Shown here: positions 35,601-48,419 of the stretch, one piece after another | Numbering within the stretch: position 1 is the first letter of the stretch | How the letters are laid out: every line of letters begins with the position of its first letter | Assembly: GCA_036785375.1 (NCBI GenBank) | Contig: JAWMAR010000048.1 | Coordinates: 10,044,001 to 10,108,000, forward strand | Origin: Leucoraja ocellata | Taxonomy: Eukaryota | DNA length: 64,000 bases | Direction of reading: 5' to 3' | Translations under genes and position numbers: made by a program | The notes under the pieces: model-generated | The model's input: the letters and a program-made list of their open reading frames with translations, nothing else | The model's database searches: none | Told to the model about the DNA's origin: nothing

Positions 35601-38600
35601 ACAATCTGAAGAGGGGTCTCGACCCGAAACATCACCCATTCCTTCTCTCCAGAGATGCTGCCAGTCCCGCTGAGTTACTTCAGCATTTTGTGTCTACCAC
35701 AGGAGTTAGGACATCATGTTGCTACTGCACAAGTTGTTGGTGAGACCACACACTGTTGCCCAGCTATAGGATGGATGTCATTCAGCTGGAAAAGGTGCAG
35801 AAAAGATTCATGATAATGTTACTGGGATTGGGAGGGAATATTGAGAAACTCGAGAGGCTGGGACCCTATCCCAAAGTGTGGGGTGATCTTAAAGAGGTAT
35901 ATAGAAGTGGCGTGGACCATTAATTAGATGGATGGCCAGTCTTTTTCTCAGGGTAGTGAAGTCTAAAATTAGAGGGCATAGATGTTTATGCAACAGAGGA
36001 AAGATTTAAAGGGATACAGAAACATGTTTTTCACGCAGGGGTTGGTGGGGATGTGGAACAAACTGCCAGAGGAAGATTCTGAAGGAGGGTCTCGACCCGA
36101 AACATCGCCCCTTCCTTCTCTTCAGAGATGCTGCCTCACCCGCTGAGTTACTCAAGCATTTTGTGTCTACCATCGATTTAAACCAGCATCTGCAGTTCTT
36201 TCTTACACAAGCTTCTGAAGTGGATATGATTACAGCTTTTGAAAGTCATTTAGATGGGTACAAGGAAGAAAAGGTTTAAAGGGATATGGGCCAAACCCAG
36301 GCAAATGGGACTGGCTCAGATAGAGAATGGTTGGCATGGATGTTGACCTGAAGGGCTTGTTTCCTTGCTGGATAACATGTAGCTGCCCTTATCGATCAAT
36401 GCACTTGCATACAATGCCATTGCGATCCAATGTCATTGCTCAAGTAATGGCACTACTGATTTCAACTTCTCACTCACAGAAGTTGTCATTTTAATGTAAG
36501 ATTTTAACCCTGGTATATCTCCATTTGTTTTTAATCCTCTAGCAATGTAAACTGGGCATTAATAAATAGTCAGACTAATTTAATTTTTTTCAGGTTCATT
36601 CTCAAGGGTAACTCTTGTCCTCTGAACATCCTGACAAAAAATGAGTTGTGGTGTGGTGTGAGCTCTCTTATGCTCTTAGTAAACTACAACGGGTAAGTCT
36701 TTGAAGTGTATGTTAGTCAAATGTATTTTAGAGATTCATTCTCATTTATGCTACATCAAATAACAATTACTGTCGAGGCCAGTCAGCTGCTACCTTGTGA
36801 TGTTTGAACCCCAAGTACTTTACAAATCTTCGAATGACAGATATTGTCTGTCCTCAGTATTTGCAGTGTGAAGGCATAATTAAGCTACAGAATGGTATGT
36901 TAAGTAGAAAGGACAATTTCTGTGACGGGGATCCCACCTCGATCATTGACAAGCACTAAAGTGCAGATCTGCAAGATCAGCACTAATTTAACCCATGGAG
37001 TTATTCTAACATTTGTTTAGACTTCTGTAGACATGGAATTATGGTTGTTTAATGTGCTAGACATCTGTATAAATCCAAATAAACTATTCCTGGAGCAATC
37101 TCTTCATAATCATTGTGTAGGAAGGAACTGCAGATGCTGGTTTAAACCGACGATAGACACAAAAAGCCAGAGTAACTCAGCGGGACAGGCAGCATCTCTG
37201 GAGAGAAGGAATGTGTGATGTTTTGGGTTGAGAAGAAGGGTCTCGATCCGAAATGTCAGCCATTCTTTCTCTCCAGAGATATTGCCTGTCCCGCTGAGTT
37301 ACTCCAGCATTTTGTGTCTATCTTCAGTGGAAATTAGCATCTGCAGTTCCTTCCGACACTAACCTTAAGTTGTTATACCATGTATTTATTGCTCTTTTAG
37401 TCACACACAACTTTATACTGAGCAATATTCCAGTGAACCTCGGGAGTCTCAGCTATTCAAGTCCCAAGTGATTAGTACTATGCATGGACATTTTTTTTTA
37501 CGATCACTAGCGCCAAAGGATCTGGCACCAAACCATGTTTTCTGAGCAGTATGATTGCTAAAGATTTGTTTAAGAAAAGAACTGCAGATGCTGTAAAAAT
37601 CGAAGCTGGACAAAAATGCTGGAGAAACTCAGCGGGCGAGGCAGCATCTAAGGAGCGAAGGTATAGGTGACGTTTCGGGTCTGAAGAAGGGTCTCAACCC
37701 GAAACATCAGCTATTTCCTTCGCTCCATAGATGCTGCCTCACCTGCTGAGTTTCTCCAGCATTTTTGCCTCCCAGCATGATTGCCAAGTTCATTCCACAA
37801 ATAACATCAGACCTGTACAAACACATTCCGGCTCAACTCGTTTTGAGCAGCATAATCATAGTGTGTCATCCGCTGAATGGCTAAAGTCTGTCAGAGGTGC
37901 ATGGTGCAGGCGGTTTGTGATGTCAGTCTGCGTGCAGCACTGAGTCCTGCCTGGACTGTCATTGTGGAGCTCAGCACCCCAGCCCCAAACCAGTCATGCA
38001 TTAACAAAATCATCAGCCACTTTCAGGTTAGTTGCAAATTCATTGATATCAGCCTTTCCTCCAACTCCACAGGGAGGTTGCTGCTTTCTAGAGTTTTAAA
38101 AAGTGGTTAAAGTCCACGGTTTTATTGTGTGTTGTGGTTGATACTAAAGGATTTTGTCCTGATTTCAAATACTCTGCATAAGCAGCTGCCTCCAGATACA
38201 AGTGTATTGATTAGTTGCCCTAAGAAGAGGGAGTGACTGAAGAGGAAAAGAGGGTGAGACTGTTCCTTGATTATGCTGCCGGCCATACCGAGGTAGCGTG
38301 GTATAGATGGACTCAATGGAAGGGAGGTTGGTTTATGTGATGGTCTGGGCAGCGTCCACAACTTCTTCAGAATGATGGAAGGGTCCCGACCTGAAACGTC
38401 ACCTATCCATGTTCTCCACAGATGCTGCCTGACCCGCTGAGTTACTCCAGCATTTTGTGTCCTTTCTAGGAAGTAGGAGAATACCTTTCGGCTCTTCAAG
38501 CCTACTCTGCTAGTTATCAAGATCACAGCTGATCCTCTTAATAATACTCTCCCAATTTTAAGATTTAAAGCTACAATCAATCTCAGTTTTGAATTATTTA

Positions 38601-38619
38601 AGAAAGAACCGGGACTTTT

Positions 38620-39032
38620 GGCGATCGCTTCGCCCAACACCAACACTCAGTTCGCAATAACCAACCTGATCTCCGTTGACCCAGCACTTCAACTCCCCCT
38701 CCCATACCGAATCCGATCTTTCTGTCCTGGGCCTCCTCCATGGCCAGAGTGAGGACCACCGCAAATTGAAGGAGCAGAACCTCATATTTCGCTTGTGCAG
38801 TTTACACCCCAGCGGTATGGACATTGACCTCAAATTTCAGGTAGTTCTTGCTTTCTCCCTCCTTCCCCTTCCCTTCCCAGCTCTCCCACAGCCCACTGTC
38901 TCTGCATCGTCCTTTCTCCTCCCCCTCCCCCCACACCTCCACATCAGTCTGAAGAAGGGTCTCGACCCGAAACGTTACCAATTCCTTCGTTCCATAGATG
39001 CTGCCTCACCTGCTGAGTTTCTCCAGCATTTT
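38620..39032 (+). mobile_element. Penelope-like 3' fragment, second subfamily
   Basis: QHFNSPSHTESDLSVLGLLHGQSEDHRKLKEQNLIFRLCSLHPSGMDID plus CTGAAGAAGGGTCTCGACCCGAAAC tail. Confidence 0.85.
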
Positions 39033-41260
39033 ACAATACAATATAATACAATCAGTTTTAATCGTCACTTGCACATAAAGTGCAAGTGAAATGAATTTGC
39101 CAGCAGCGGTACACATTTTTGTCAACCTTCAGTTTTGAATTAACTTTCTGATTGAACCTTCAAACTCCCGTTGGAGAGAATTCTAAAGATTCGGCTTCCT
39201 CGGATTGAAAATGTTCTCCTCAATACTGAATGCCCTACTCCCTGTTCTGAAACTGAACCCTGGCTATAAACAACCCCTGCCAGGGAAACATTATCCCTGC
39301 ATCAAGCCTCTATATCCCTGGGAGAGTTTTGTAAGTTTCATTGAGAACTCTCATTCTTATTCATCTCACTCATATAGTCACAGAGCTGTACATAATGAAA
39401 ACAGGCCCTTTGGCCCATCTCATCCATGCTGACCAAGAGGGCATAAGGGACTGCTCCCACTTTACTTTGTTAGGCCCATAGCCCTCCATACCCTTACTCT
39501 TATTATATATCTGTTCAGATGGTGTTTAAAAATCTACATCCACTTCTACAGATTCCTCTGGCAATTCATTTCAGATACAGACTACCCTCTGAGTGAAAAA
39601 AATCCCCCTGTGGTCCCTCTTAAATCTCTCCCTCCCACCTTAAATTGTCGAGCTAACCTGGGTAAGATCCATGCCCCCCTCCTACCATCGTGTTTGTTTT
39701 AATTTTAAGGGCTTGGTGAAAGTGCCTGCATACATTAACCATCAACAATGCAACATATTATTTTTGTTTGGAGAATATTCATCTGTTCAACATGCTTATC
39801 AACATTTTTTGAAGATTGTCGACCAACTGAGTGGTTAGTGAGTGACGTGTTAACTACTGCTGTCTCTGCAGTCACAGGGAGCTACATTGTCTAAATTAAT
39901 CTTGCAATCTAACTCTCGGCAATCTCACTCTCAGCAGGAGTGGAGATTTCCTAAATGCATGGTTAATCATTATGTCTGCAGCGATTCTGCAGTGTGCCTG
40001 ACAACAGACAAATATTCCATCATATTAGTTAGCTTGTGGTCACGAGTTTTTATTGTTTCATCTTACTGTACATTCTACTAAATATTCGACGAGGACTTTG
40101 CTAATTCCTTCCCCTAAGATAGAGAAGGTGAGCTGAAATGTGTAACAAATGGAACTGATCTGTGCCTCCTGCATCTACCAGTGGGAAGAAGGGTCCCTTC
40201 TTCCCACTTACAAAATTCTTAAGGGGTTGGACAGGCTGGATGCAGGAAGATTATTCCCGATGTTGGGGAAGTCCAGAACTAGGGGTCACAGTTTAAGGAT
40301 AAGAGGGAAGGCGTTTAGGACCGAGATGAGAAAATCATTTTTTACACAGAGAGTGGTGAATCTGTGGAACTCTCTGCCACAGAGGGTAGTTGAGGCCAGT
40401 TCATTGGCTATATTTAAGAGGGAGTTAGATGTGGCCCTTGTGGCTAAAGGGATCAGGGGGTATGGAGAGAAGGCAGGGATGGGATACTGAGTTGGATGAT
40501 CAGCCATGATCATATTGAATGGCGGTGCAGGCTCGAAGGGCCGAATGGCCTACTCCTGCACCTATTTTCTATGTTTCTATGTAACACATCATCTGTCCAT
40601 TCCATCTACAGATGCCTCCAGACCCATTGGGTTCCTCCAGCAGTCTGCATTGCTGAAGATTGCAGCATCTGGAGTTCCTGGTCACTAAATGTATCCAATT
40701 CCTTTACTTCCATCTCTCCCTCAGGTTCATTGCTATTGATCTCAACAACAGTGTGTCTCTATTCAGCTCCGTGTGTTGTAACTTTCACTCCAGGATTGCC
40801 TGGTTCATTCTTTGCATTTTTACGATATTTACATTCATTGTTTTTTGGAAAAGCTCCTCGTCACAAAATGAAAAGGGATTCATCCACAAAGTCACCTGAC
40901 CACACCTGAGGTATTTGCAGGGTTGCATGTGAGCAGAATTGCTTTAGCATTGGTGCTGTCGCTAAACCCTCCGTTGACACAGAGGTGCTAAAACAGTGCA
41001 TACTTGTCTGAAGAAGGGTTTCGGCCCGAAACGTTGCCTATTTCCTTCGCTCCATAGATGCTGCTGCACCCGCTGAGTTTCTCCAGCAATTTTGTGTACC
41101 CCATACTTGCTGCATCTTGGATGCGGCATTCAAGCTTGTGGATAAAAAGGGATCCTGTAGCACCATTGTGTGAAACTTACCCCTCAATCGGCATTTCTAA
41201 ACCAGTTTATCTAGTAATTATCATACTGCTATTTACTGTATATGAACTTACTGTGTGCAC

Positions 41261-41808
41261 ATTTAGTTTAGTTTAGAGAGCCAGCGCGGAAACGCCCTTC
41301 GGCCCACTGAGTTCGCACCGACCAGCGATCCCTGCACATTACATAGAAACATAGCAAATAGGTGTAGGAGTAGGCCATTCAGCCCTTCGAGCCTGCACCG
41401 CCATTCAATATGATCATGGCTGATCATCCAACTCAGTATCCTGTACCTGCCTTCTCTCCATACCCTCTGATCCCTTTAGCCACAAGGGCCACATCTAACT
41501 CCCTCTTAAATATAGCCAATGAACTGGCCTCAACTACCTTCTGTGGCAGAGAGTTCCAGAGATTTACCACTCTTATTAACACTATCCTACGCACACTAGG
41601 AATAATTTACACCTATACCAAGCCAATTAACCTACAAACCTGTACGTCTTTGGAGTGTGGGAGGAAACCGAGGAACTCGGAGAAAACCCACGCAGGTCAC
41701 GGGGAGAACGTGCAAACTCCGTACAGACAGCACCCGTAGTCGGGATTGTACCCGGGTCTCTGGCGCTGCATTCGCTGTAAGGCAGCAACTCTACCGCTGC
41801 GCCACCGT
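41261..41808 (-). mobile_element. tRNA-derived SINE interrupted by a CR1 3' end (41341-41573)
   Basis: The SINE halves join at ATT(A)AC around a (CATAGAAA)-tailed CR1 fragment. Confidence 0.85.
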
Positions 41809-42511
41809 GACAACCTCATGACAAGGTTAAGGTTTATCATACAAATGCTTAATAAAGATGAATAAATGTAATCCAAGTTACTAAACATTAGAATAGGAAA
41901 TCATCAATAAATAAAGTTACTTATCAGAGCGAGTACCAAAGATCATACCCGTAATTTGGTGAATCATGAAATTCATGGTGTGGTTGGATAATTTTTATTC
42001 TCTGTGATGCAAGCATTAAGTACAGGAGTTAGTCAGCCTCTCATCCTGTTGTCACCTCCATACCTACATTGCTGTTCCAGTTAAGTTGAATTGGGAAATT
42101 CGCAATAATGTTTTGAATGTCAACGGGAGGTCTATTTTTTCCGTTTGGATGGTCATTTCTTGGTACATGTATGGTCTTCTTCTTTCATGTCCATCTTCCA
42201 TGTTTCAAATGTTGACATCGCTGTCATCGACTGTCCTGAAAAGGACGCAAGCTTCCGGTGACAATCAGATGGAGCCAACACTTGTTGCAGTAGATGATGG
42301 TGGTAGCAGAATTAGCTCAGGATACTCCAGTTCCCAGCCCCGCGACGGGACGCTTCTGCTATGGGGCTGCATGTATGGTGCATGGGTGGCTAACCACACA
42401 TTAGGCTATGCCCCAATGTCGTCAACATCTTGCTGAGTCAGCGCACAGATTGTTTCCTTGTGCCAGGAGTTGCTACAGTGTTCGTTCATCTGCAAAAATC
42501 CCCATTTTGCA

Positions 42512-42967
42512 CGGTGAGACCAAGCGGAGGTTGGGCGATCGTTTCGCCGAACACCTCTGCTCGGTCCGCAATAACCAAGCTGACCTCCCGGTGGCTCAGC
42601 ACTTCAACTCCCCCTCCCACTCCGTCTCCGACCTCTCTGTCCTGGGTCTCCTCCCTGGCCACAGCGAGCAGCACCGGAAATTGGAGGAACAGCACCTCAT
42701 ATTCCGTTTGGGGAGTCTGCATCCCGGGGGCATGAACATCGAATTCTCCCAATTTTGTTAGTCCTTGCTGTCTTCTCCCCTTCCTCAGTCCCCCTGCTGT
42801 CTCCTCCCATCCCCCAGCCTTCGGGCTCCTCCTCCTTTTTCCTTTCTTGTCCCCGCCCACCCCCGCCCCCGATCAGTCTGAAGAAGGGTTTCGGCCCGAA
42901 ACGTTGCCTATTTCCTTCGCTCCATAGATGCTGCTGCACCCGCTGAGTTTCTCCAGCTTTTTTGTGT
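42512..42967 (+). mobile_element. 5'-truncated Penelope-like element with 15-bp TSD
   Basis: Near-identical to 12617-13054; TSD AATCCCCATTTTGCA at 42497-42511 and 42968-42982. Confidence 0.9.
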
Positions 42968-43404
42968 AATCCCCATTTTGCATGTTCGTGAAAAGGCTGA
43001 TGTGGATGCACAGAATATGTTGGAGCAGCTAGTCAGACCTGGCTGTGTGAAGGTAGGAGACAGAGGAAACCATGGAAGAGGCCATCTCTAAAATATCATA
43101 GGAGGTTGTGCAGAGTCAGCATTAAGATCATCGTTGAAAACATCATCGGGCACGGTGCCTTACAATGCTCTGTACGACAGTGATCGCAACTTCTACTGAA
43201 GTGTGGGTGGCCGTTGGCTCACTAGGACCTCATCCGCCCTTTGACAGGTCTTGTTTTTGGTCCTGCTGGGGGGTCCACAGCCCCCTCCTCACCTGGCAAA
43301 CCAGGTGGGGGAGACGGTTTAGTCGCCGACTATCCGACCATGGAGCGGGTAGCACGGGATTACATGGTACCCGTGGCGGGGGGGACTCCTCCCGACCTGA
43401 CCAC

Positions 43405-44320
43405 AAGAGTCAGGATTACAAGAATGATCCCAGGAATGAGTGGGTTAACATATGATGAGTGTTTGACGGCACTGGGCTTGTACTCGCTGGAGTTTATGAG
43501 GGGGGAACCTCATTGAAACGTACAGAATAGTGAAAGGCTTGGATATGGTGGATGTGGAGAGGATGTTTCCACTGGTGGGAGAGTCTAGGACTAGAGGTCA
43601 CAGCCTCAGAATTAAAGGATGTTTCTTTAGGAAGATGAGGAGGAATTTATTTCATCAGAGAGTGGTGAATCTGTAGAATTCCTTGCCACAGAAGCCTGTG
43701 GAGGCCAAGTCAATGGATATTTTTAAGGCAGAGATAGATAGATTCTTGATTAGTACGGGTGTCAGGGGTTATGGGGAGAAGGCAGGAGAATGGGGTTGAG
43801 AAAGACTGGATAGACTCGGTTTGTACTCGCTAGAATTTAGAAGATTGAGGGGGGATCTTATAGAAACTTACAAAATTCTTAAGGGGTTGGACAGGCTAGA
43901 TGCAGGAAGATTGTTCCCGATGTTGGGGAAGTCCAGAACAAGGGGTCACAGTTTAAGGATAAGGGGGAAATCTTTTAGGACCGAGATGAGGAAAACATTT
44001 TTCACACAGAGAGTGGTGAATCTGTGAAATTCTCTGCCACAGAAGGTAGTTGAGGCCAGTTCATTGGCTATATTTAAGAGGGAGTTAGATGTGGCCCTTG
44101 TGGCTAAAGGGATCAGGGGGTATGGAGAGAAGACAGGTACGGGATACTGAGTTGGATGATCAGCCATGACCATATTGAATGGCGGTGCAGGCTCGAAGGG
44201 CCAAATGGCCTACTCCTGCACCTATTTTCTATGTTTCTATGAGAAGGAGAGATAGATCAGCCGTGATTGAATGGTGGAGTAGACTTGATGGGCTGAATGG
44301 CCTAATTCTGCTCCTATCAC
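43405..44320 (+). mobile_element. Nested CR1-in-CR1 cluster
   Basis: Older CR1 end (43405-43800, resuming at about 44241) split by a younger CR1 end. Confidence 0.85.
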
Positions 44321-45139
44321 ATGTCCATGATCTCCAACCTGGGCTGTATGTCTTTGCCAAGTCTGAGCAAGATGCTCTGTGTTTAGCCAGCACCAGTGAT
44401 GGAGGAACATGTGGCCAGTCTCTCTCCTCCTGCGCATTCTCACACAGGTTCAAGCGGAGGTCTGGACTCTAGTCTCCACCCTCTGGGAGCAGATTGAAGC
44501 ATTAAATGGGTATCAAATTGACACCGGGGAGGAACTGATATCCTCATTAACCAGATATAATTGGTCAGGAGATCATTGTACTCGTTGAACAGCAAGAGGC
44601 CACCAGTGAGCAACTCGTTACTCTCTGTGGACAGGGAAGATCATCCATGAGTAACTTGTAACTCTACACCAGATCTACACGAGCCAAAGGGAAGCTGTTT
44701 TCTCCCTGTTTGAACACAGAGATGTCACATACAATGATTTCCCCACAGGAGCAGATATATGGCATCATTAACATGTCTCTCTTCAACCTGAGCATGTCCT
44801 CTGGACACCTACTCCAGGTTCACTCTTCACTTGGTCCTTGTGGTAGTTGGAGATCATCGCACCTTGGTCAAAATCTTCTCAAGAGTTGTCAAGGAATCTG
44901 CACAAACCAAAGAATACGGGAGCAGATTCTCTGCATCCAAACCGAGGCCTGAAGATCATTGTTGTGCCCTGATGCTGGAACATGGCAACTAATGAAAGGC
45001 ATCCAGTGGGAATATGGTCATGTAAAACCTTCCTGACATTTGATGTTGCTTTATTATAGATGATCTCAACACAGCAGCACTGTTAAAATGCGTCTTCTTT
45101 TCAGGTAAATAACATTCTTCCTTGTGCAGAGATGGTCTT

Positions 45140-45651
45140 GCAGGCGTGAGAGCCATTGGCAGTGTGCAGATCCTGCCGTGCCTCAGCTAGGAAGATTACC
45201 AACATTACTAATGTCAAGTCAACATGCTCGAGTTAAGCCTTGATAGCCACTTGACAGCACTGGATAGCCACCAAGTGGTCACAGGAGTGGAAGGCAACCT
45301 CATCTCCATTATACAGCTACATCTCTTCACCAGATAGAAGCTGTCCAGGGTCTGACCTCCCCAGAGGAGCATAGGTGAAGTTCAACAGACTTGGTACTGG
45401 AGTTGGGCGTTTCAATGCCAGCGTGTGGAGATGGGGGCTCCCTCCGACAGAGCCCAGCCTGTGAATGTGGAGCAGAACAACAGACAGCCAACCATGTCAT
45501 CTCTGGGTGCCCACTCTACCACCCACCACATGGAGCTGTGTCAGGGCCTGGCAGACGTTGACGCCAACAGTGACAACAACCTGGCTGCTCAACTCCCGAC
45601 TTGAGATCTAACTATTCCTTTGGTTTATGTTTCATTCGCAAGAAGAAGAAG
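45140..45651 (+). mobile_element. Degenerate 3' end of a Vingi/Ingi-like LINE
   Basis: Disrupted frame *VKFNRLGTGVGRFNASVWRWGL...SPACECGAEQQTANHVISGCP (C-terminal CCHC knuckle of I/Ingi-group ORF2), ending CGCAAGAAGAAGAAG. Confidence 0.7.
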
Positions 45652-47118
45652 CCATTTGACGGCGACCATTTTCAGTTAAACTGTACCAGGAATGTAAATG
45701 AGTCTGAAGTAACTGGATCCATGCCAGGCTGTCATGTTGTTTGGCCACTAACCCACATTTGTCCTCTCAGGCAAAGTTCATTTACCCTGCCTGTTCAGGA
45801 CCACCAATACTAACTGTGGCCAGAGGAGGGACGCGTATAAAAGGCAGAAACATCAGATCAATGCCTGTCGCCATGTGTGTTAGTGTTGCCTTTCACCAGT
45901 AACACAGTCTGTCTGAAAGGAATTCAAAGGGACAGGGAGAGGAATTGTGAAAAGTGATGATTCATGAAGGAGATCATGAGAATCAGTCTGAAGAAAGTCC
46001 CAACCCGGAACGTCACCTATCCATGTTCTCCACAGATGCTGCCTGACCCGCTGAGTTACTCCAGCACTCTGTGAAACGTCACCTATCCATGTTCTCCACA
46101 GATGCTGCCTGACCCGCTGAGTTACTCCTGCACTCTTTCTTAGTACCAAATGTTGCATGGTGAATGAAACACTTATACCACTGGATAGACTCGGCTTGTA
46201 CACGCTAGAATTTAGAAGATTGAGGGGGGATCTTATAGAAACTTACAAAATTCTTAAGGGGTTGGATAGGCTAGATGCAGGAAGATTATTCCCCGATGTT
46301 GGGGAAGTCCAGAACTAGGGGTCACAGTTTAAGGATAAGAGGGAAGGCTTTTAGGACCGAGATGAGAAAATCATTTTTTACACAGAGAGTGGTGAATCTG
46401 TGGAATTCTCTGCCACAGAAGGTAGTTGAGGCCAGTTCATTGGCTATATTTAAGAGGGGGTTAGATGTGGCCCTTGTGGCTAAAGGGATCGGGGGGTATG
46501 GAGAGAAGGCAGGTACAGGATACTGAGTTGGATGATCAGCCATGATCATATTGAATGGCGGTGCAGGCTCGAAGGGCCGAATGGCCTCTACTCCTGCACC
46601 TATTGTCTATGTTTCTAAGTTCTGTTCCATTTGAAATGGCCAATTGATGCAACGGTTTGGAATCCCATGATAGATTTATCATTAATGAATGATTGTTGAG
46701 TAGCCAGCAAGTAGCCCCAGCTCACCGCCCGCGGACGGAGAACTGCCCACTGAAGCTCGGTCTCCGTGAACCGATCATAGCGGACCTACCAGTGGAATGG
46801 GTATGCCCTGCTCGCACATGGCGGACTCCGGACTTGGGGCCCGAGCCACCCGCATTGACCAGATCCACCCCGGCAAGATCGAGGACTGGACGTAGAACAT
46901 CGAGGCCGGAGACACCGGGGGGCCGAGGTGGACGAGCCGTGTCGTAGAGAACAAAGGGGGAACCCGGTGTGGGGGCTGCTGGGAACAAAGGGGGACCTGG
47001 CCTGGTAGGGGGCCCCAAGAACAAGAGGGGCCTGTGGTGGTGAGGAGGGGGGGGGGACGAAGAAGAGACCAACAATATTTAAGGGTACTTTGTAACTTTG
47101 TCGGTGCCTTGTGGCGAC

Positions 47119-47965
47119 TGTGTACAGTGTACTGTACTCTGTACTGTGTACTGTACTGTGCACTGTGTACTATATTGTGTACTCTATACTGTGTACTGTA
47201 TATTGTGTACTGTATACTGTACTGTGTACTGTACTGTGCACTGTGTACTGTATTGTGTACTGTGTACTGTATTTTGTACTGTACTGTATTGTGTACTGTG
47301 TACTGTATATTGTGTACTGTATACTGTGTACTGTACTGTGTACTGTATCCTGTATACTCTGCACTGTGTACTGTACTGTGCACTGTGTACTGTATTTTGT
47401 TCTGTGTACTGTATTTTGTACTGTACTGTATTGTGTACTGTGTACTGTATATTGTGTACTGTATACTGTGTACTGTACTGTGTACTGTATCCTGTATACT
47501 CTGCACTGTGTACTGTACTGTGTACTGTACTGTGTACTGTACTGTGCACTGTGTACTGTATTGTGTACTGTGTACTGTATTTTGTTCTGTGTACTGTATT
47601 TTGTACTGTACTGTATTGTGTACTGTGTACTGTATATTGTGTACTGTATACTGTGTACTGTACTGTGTACTGTATCCTGTATACTCTGCACTGTGTACTG
47701 TACTGTGTACTGTACTGTGCACTGTGTACTGTATTGTGTACTGTGTACTGTATTTTGTACTGTGTACTGTATTTTGTACTGTACTGTATTGTGTACTGTG
47801 TACTGTATATTGTGTACTGTATACTGTGTACTGTACTGTGTACTGTATCCTGTATACTCTGTACTGTGTACTGTACTGTGCACTGTGTACTGTACTGTGT
47901 ACTGTACTGTGCACTGTGTACTGTACTGTGTACTGTGTACTGTACTGTGTACTGTACTGTGTATA
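47119..47965. repeat. Compound (TGTAC/TGTGTAC)n microsatellite with higher-order duplications
   Basis: About 850 bp array; the variant TATCCTGTATACTCTG recurs at 47346, 47488, 47673 and 47846. Confidence 0.95.
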
Positions 47966-47975
47966 CATAAAACCA

Positions 47976-48027
47976 GGGGTGGGAGATTGCAACCTTCACG
48001 TGGTCCGCCCTGTATCGACGAATGCAA
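47976..48027 (+). ncRNA. HDV-like self-cleaving ribozyme fold at the 5' end of a short retroelement
   Basis: P1 GGGGTGG(47976-82)/CCGCCCT(48005-11) with G1.U wobble; P2 TTGCA(47987-91)/TGCAA(48023-27); P3 ACC/GGT; L3 TTCACGT; vestigial P4; J4/2 C-GAA with C48019. Confidence 0.72.
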
Positions 48028-48080
48028 ATAGAACAAGTTGTCCTACAACTTTCGGCTGTGCACGCCACGCGCAAGAAGAT
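47976..48080 (+). mobile_element. Short non-autonomous retroelement (Vingi/Ingi-type), ribozyme head plus GCAAGAAG tail
   Basis: Homologous to the minus-strand copy at 24961-25088; tail shared with the LINE fragment ending at about 45651. Confidence 0.65.
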
Positions 48081-48419
48081 AAAGATGCAAATAACAAAGA
48101 ATGTCTTTGTTCCTACACGGTCCATGTGACAATAAACTATCTCTCTACACTCTGATTTGCAAAACTTCCCAATGCAAAACTGTTCTGGGTAAAAAGGCGA
48201 ACATTCTGCCGGACATTGTCTCCCTATGTATCTTTATTGTCGGTAGCAATCCATCCACAGTGTAGCTTATTGTGCCGACTCAGTATTTGATCACTTTGTA
48301 ATTTTCTGTTGCTACTCACAATGCAGCATACATTTGCATCATGGACAAATCTGGTTGTGGCTTTATATCGTGTCTGAATTATTAATATGTATAATCAATT
48401 ATTGAGGTCCCAATATGTT

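Noticed and set aside
46775-48155. Long ORFs of 290-405 aa on both strands
   Set aside because: They are translations of the TGTAC microsatellite, which lacks stop codons; no coding evidence.
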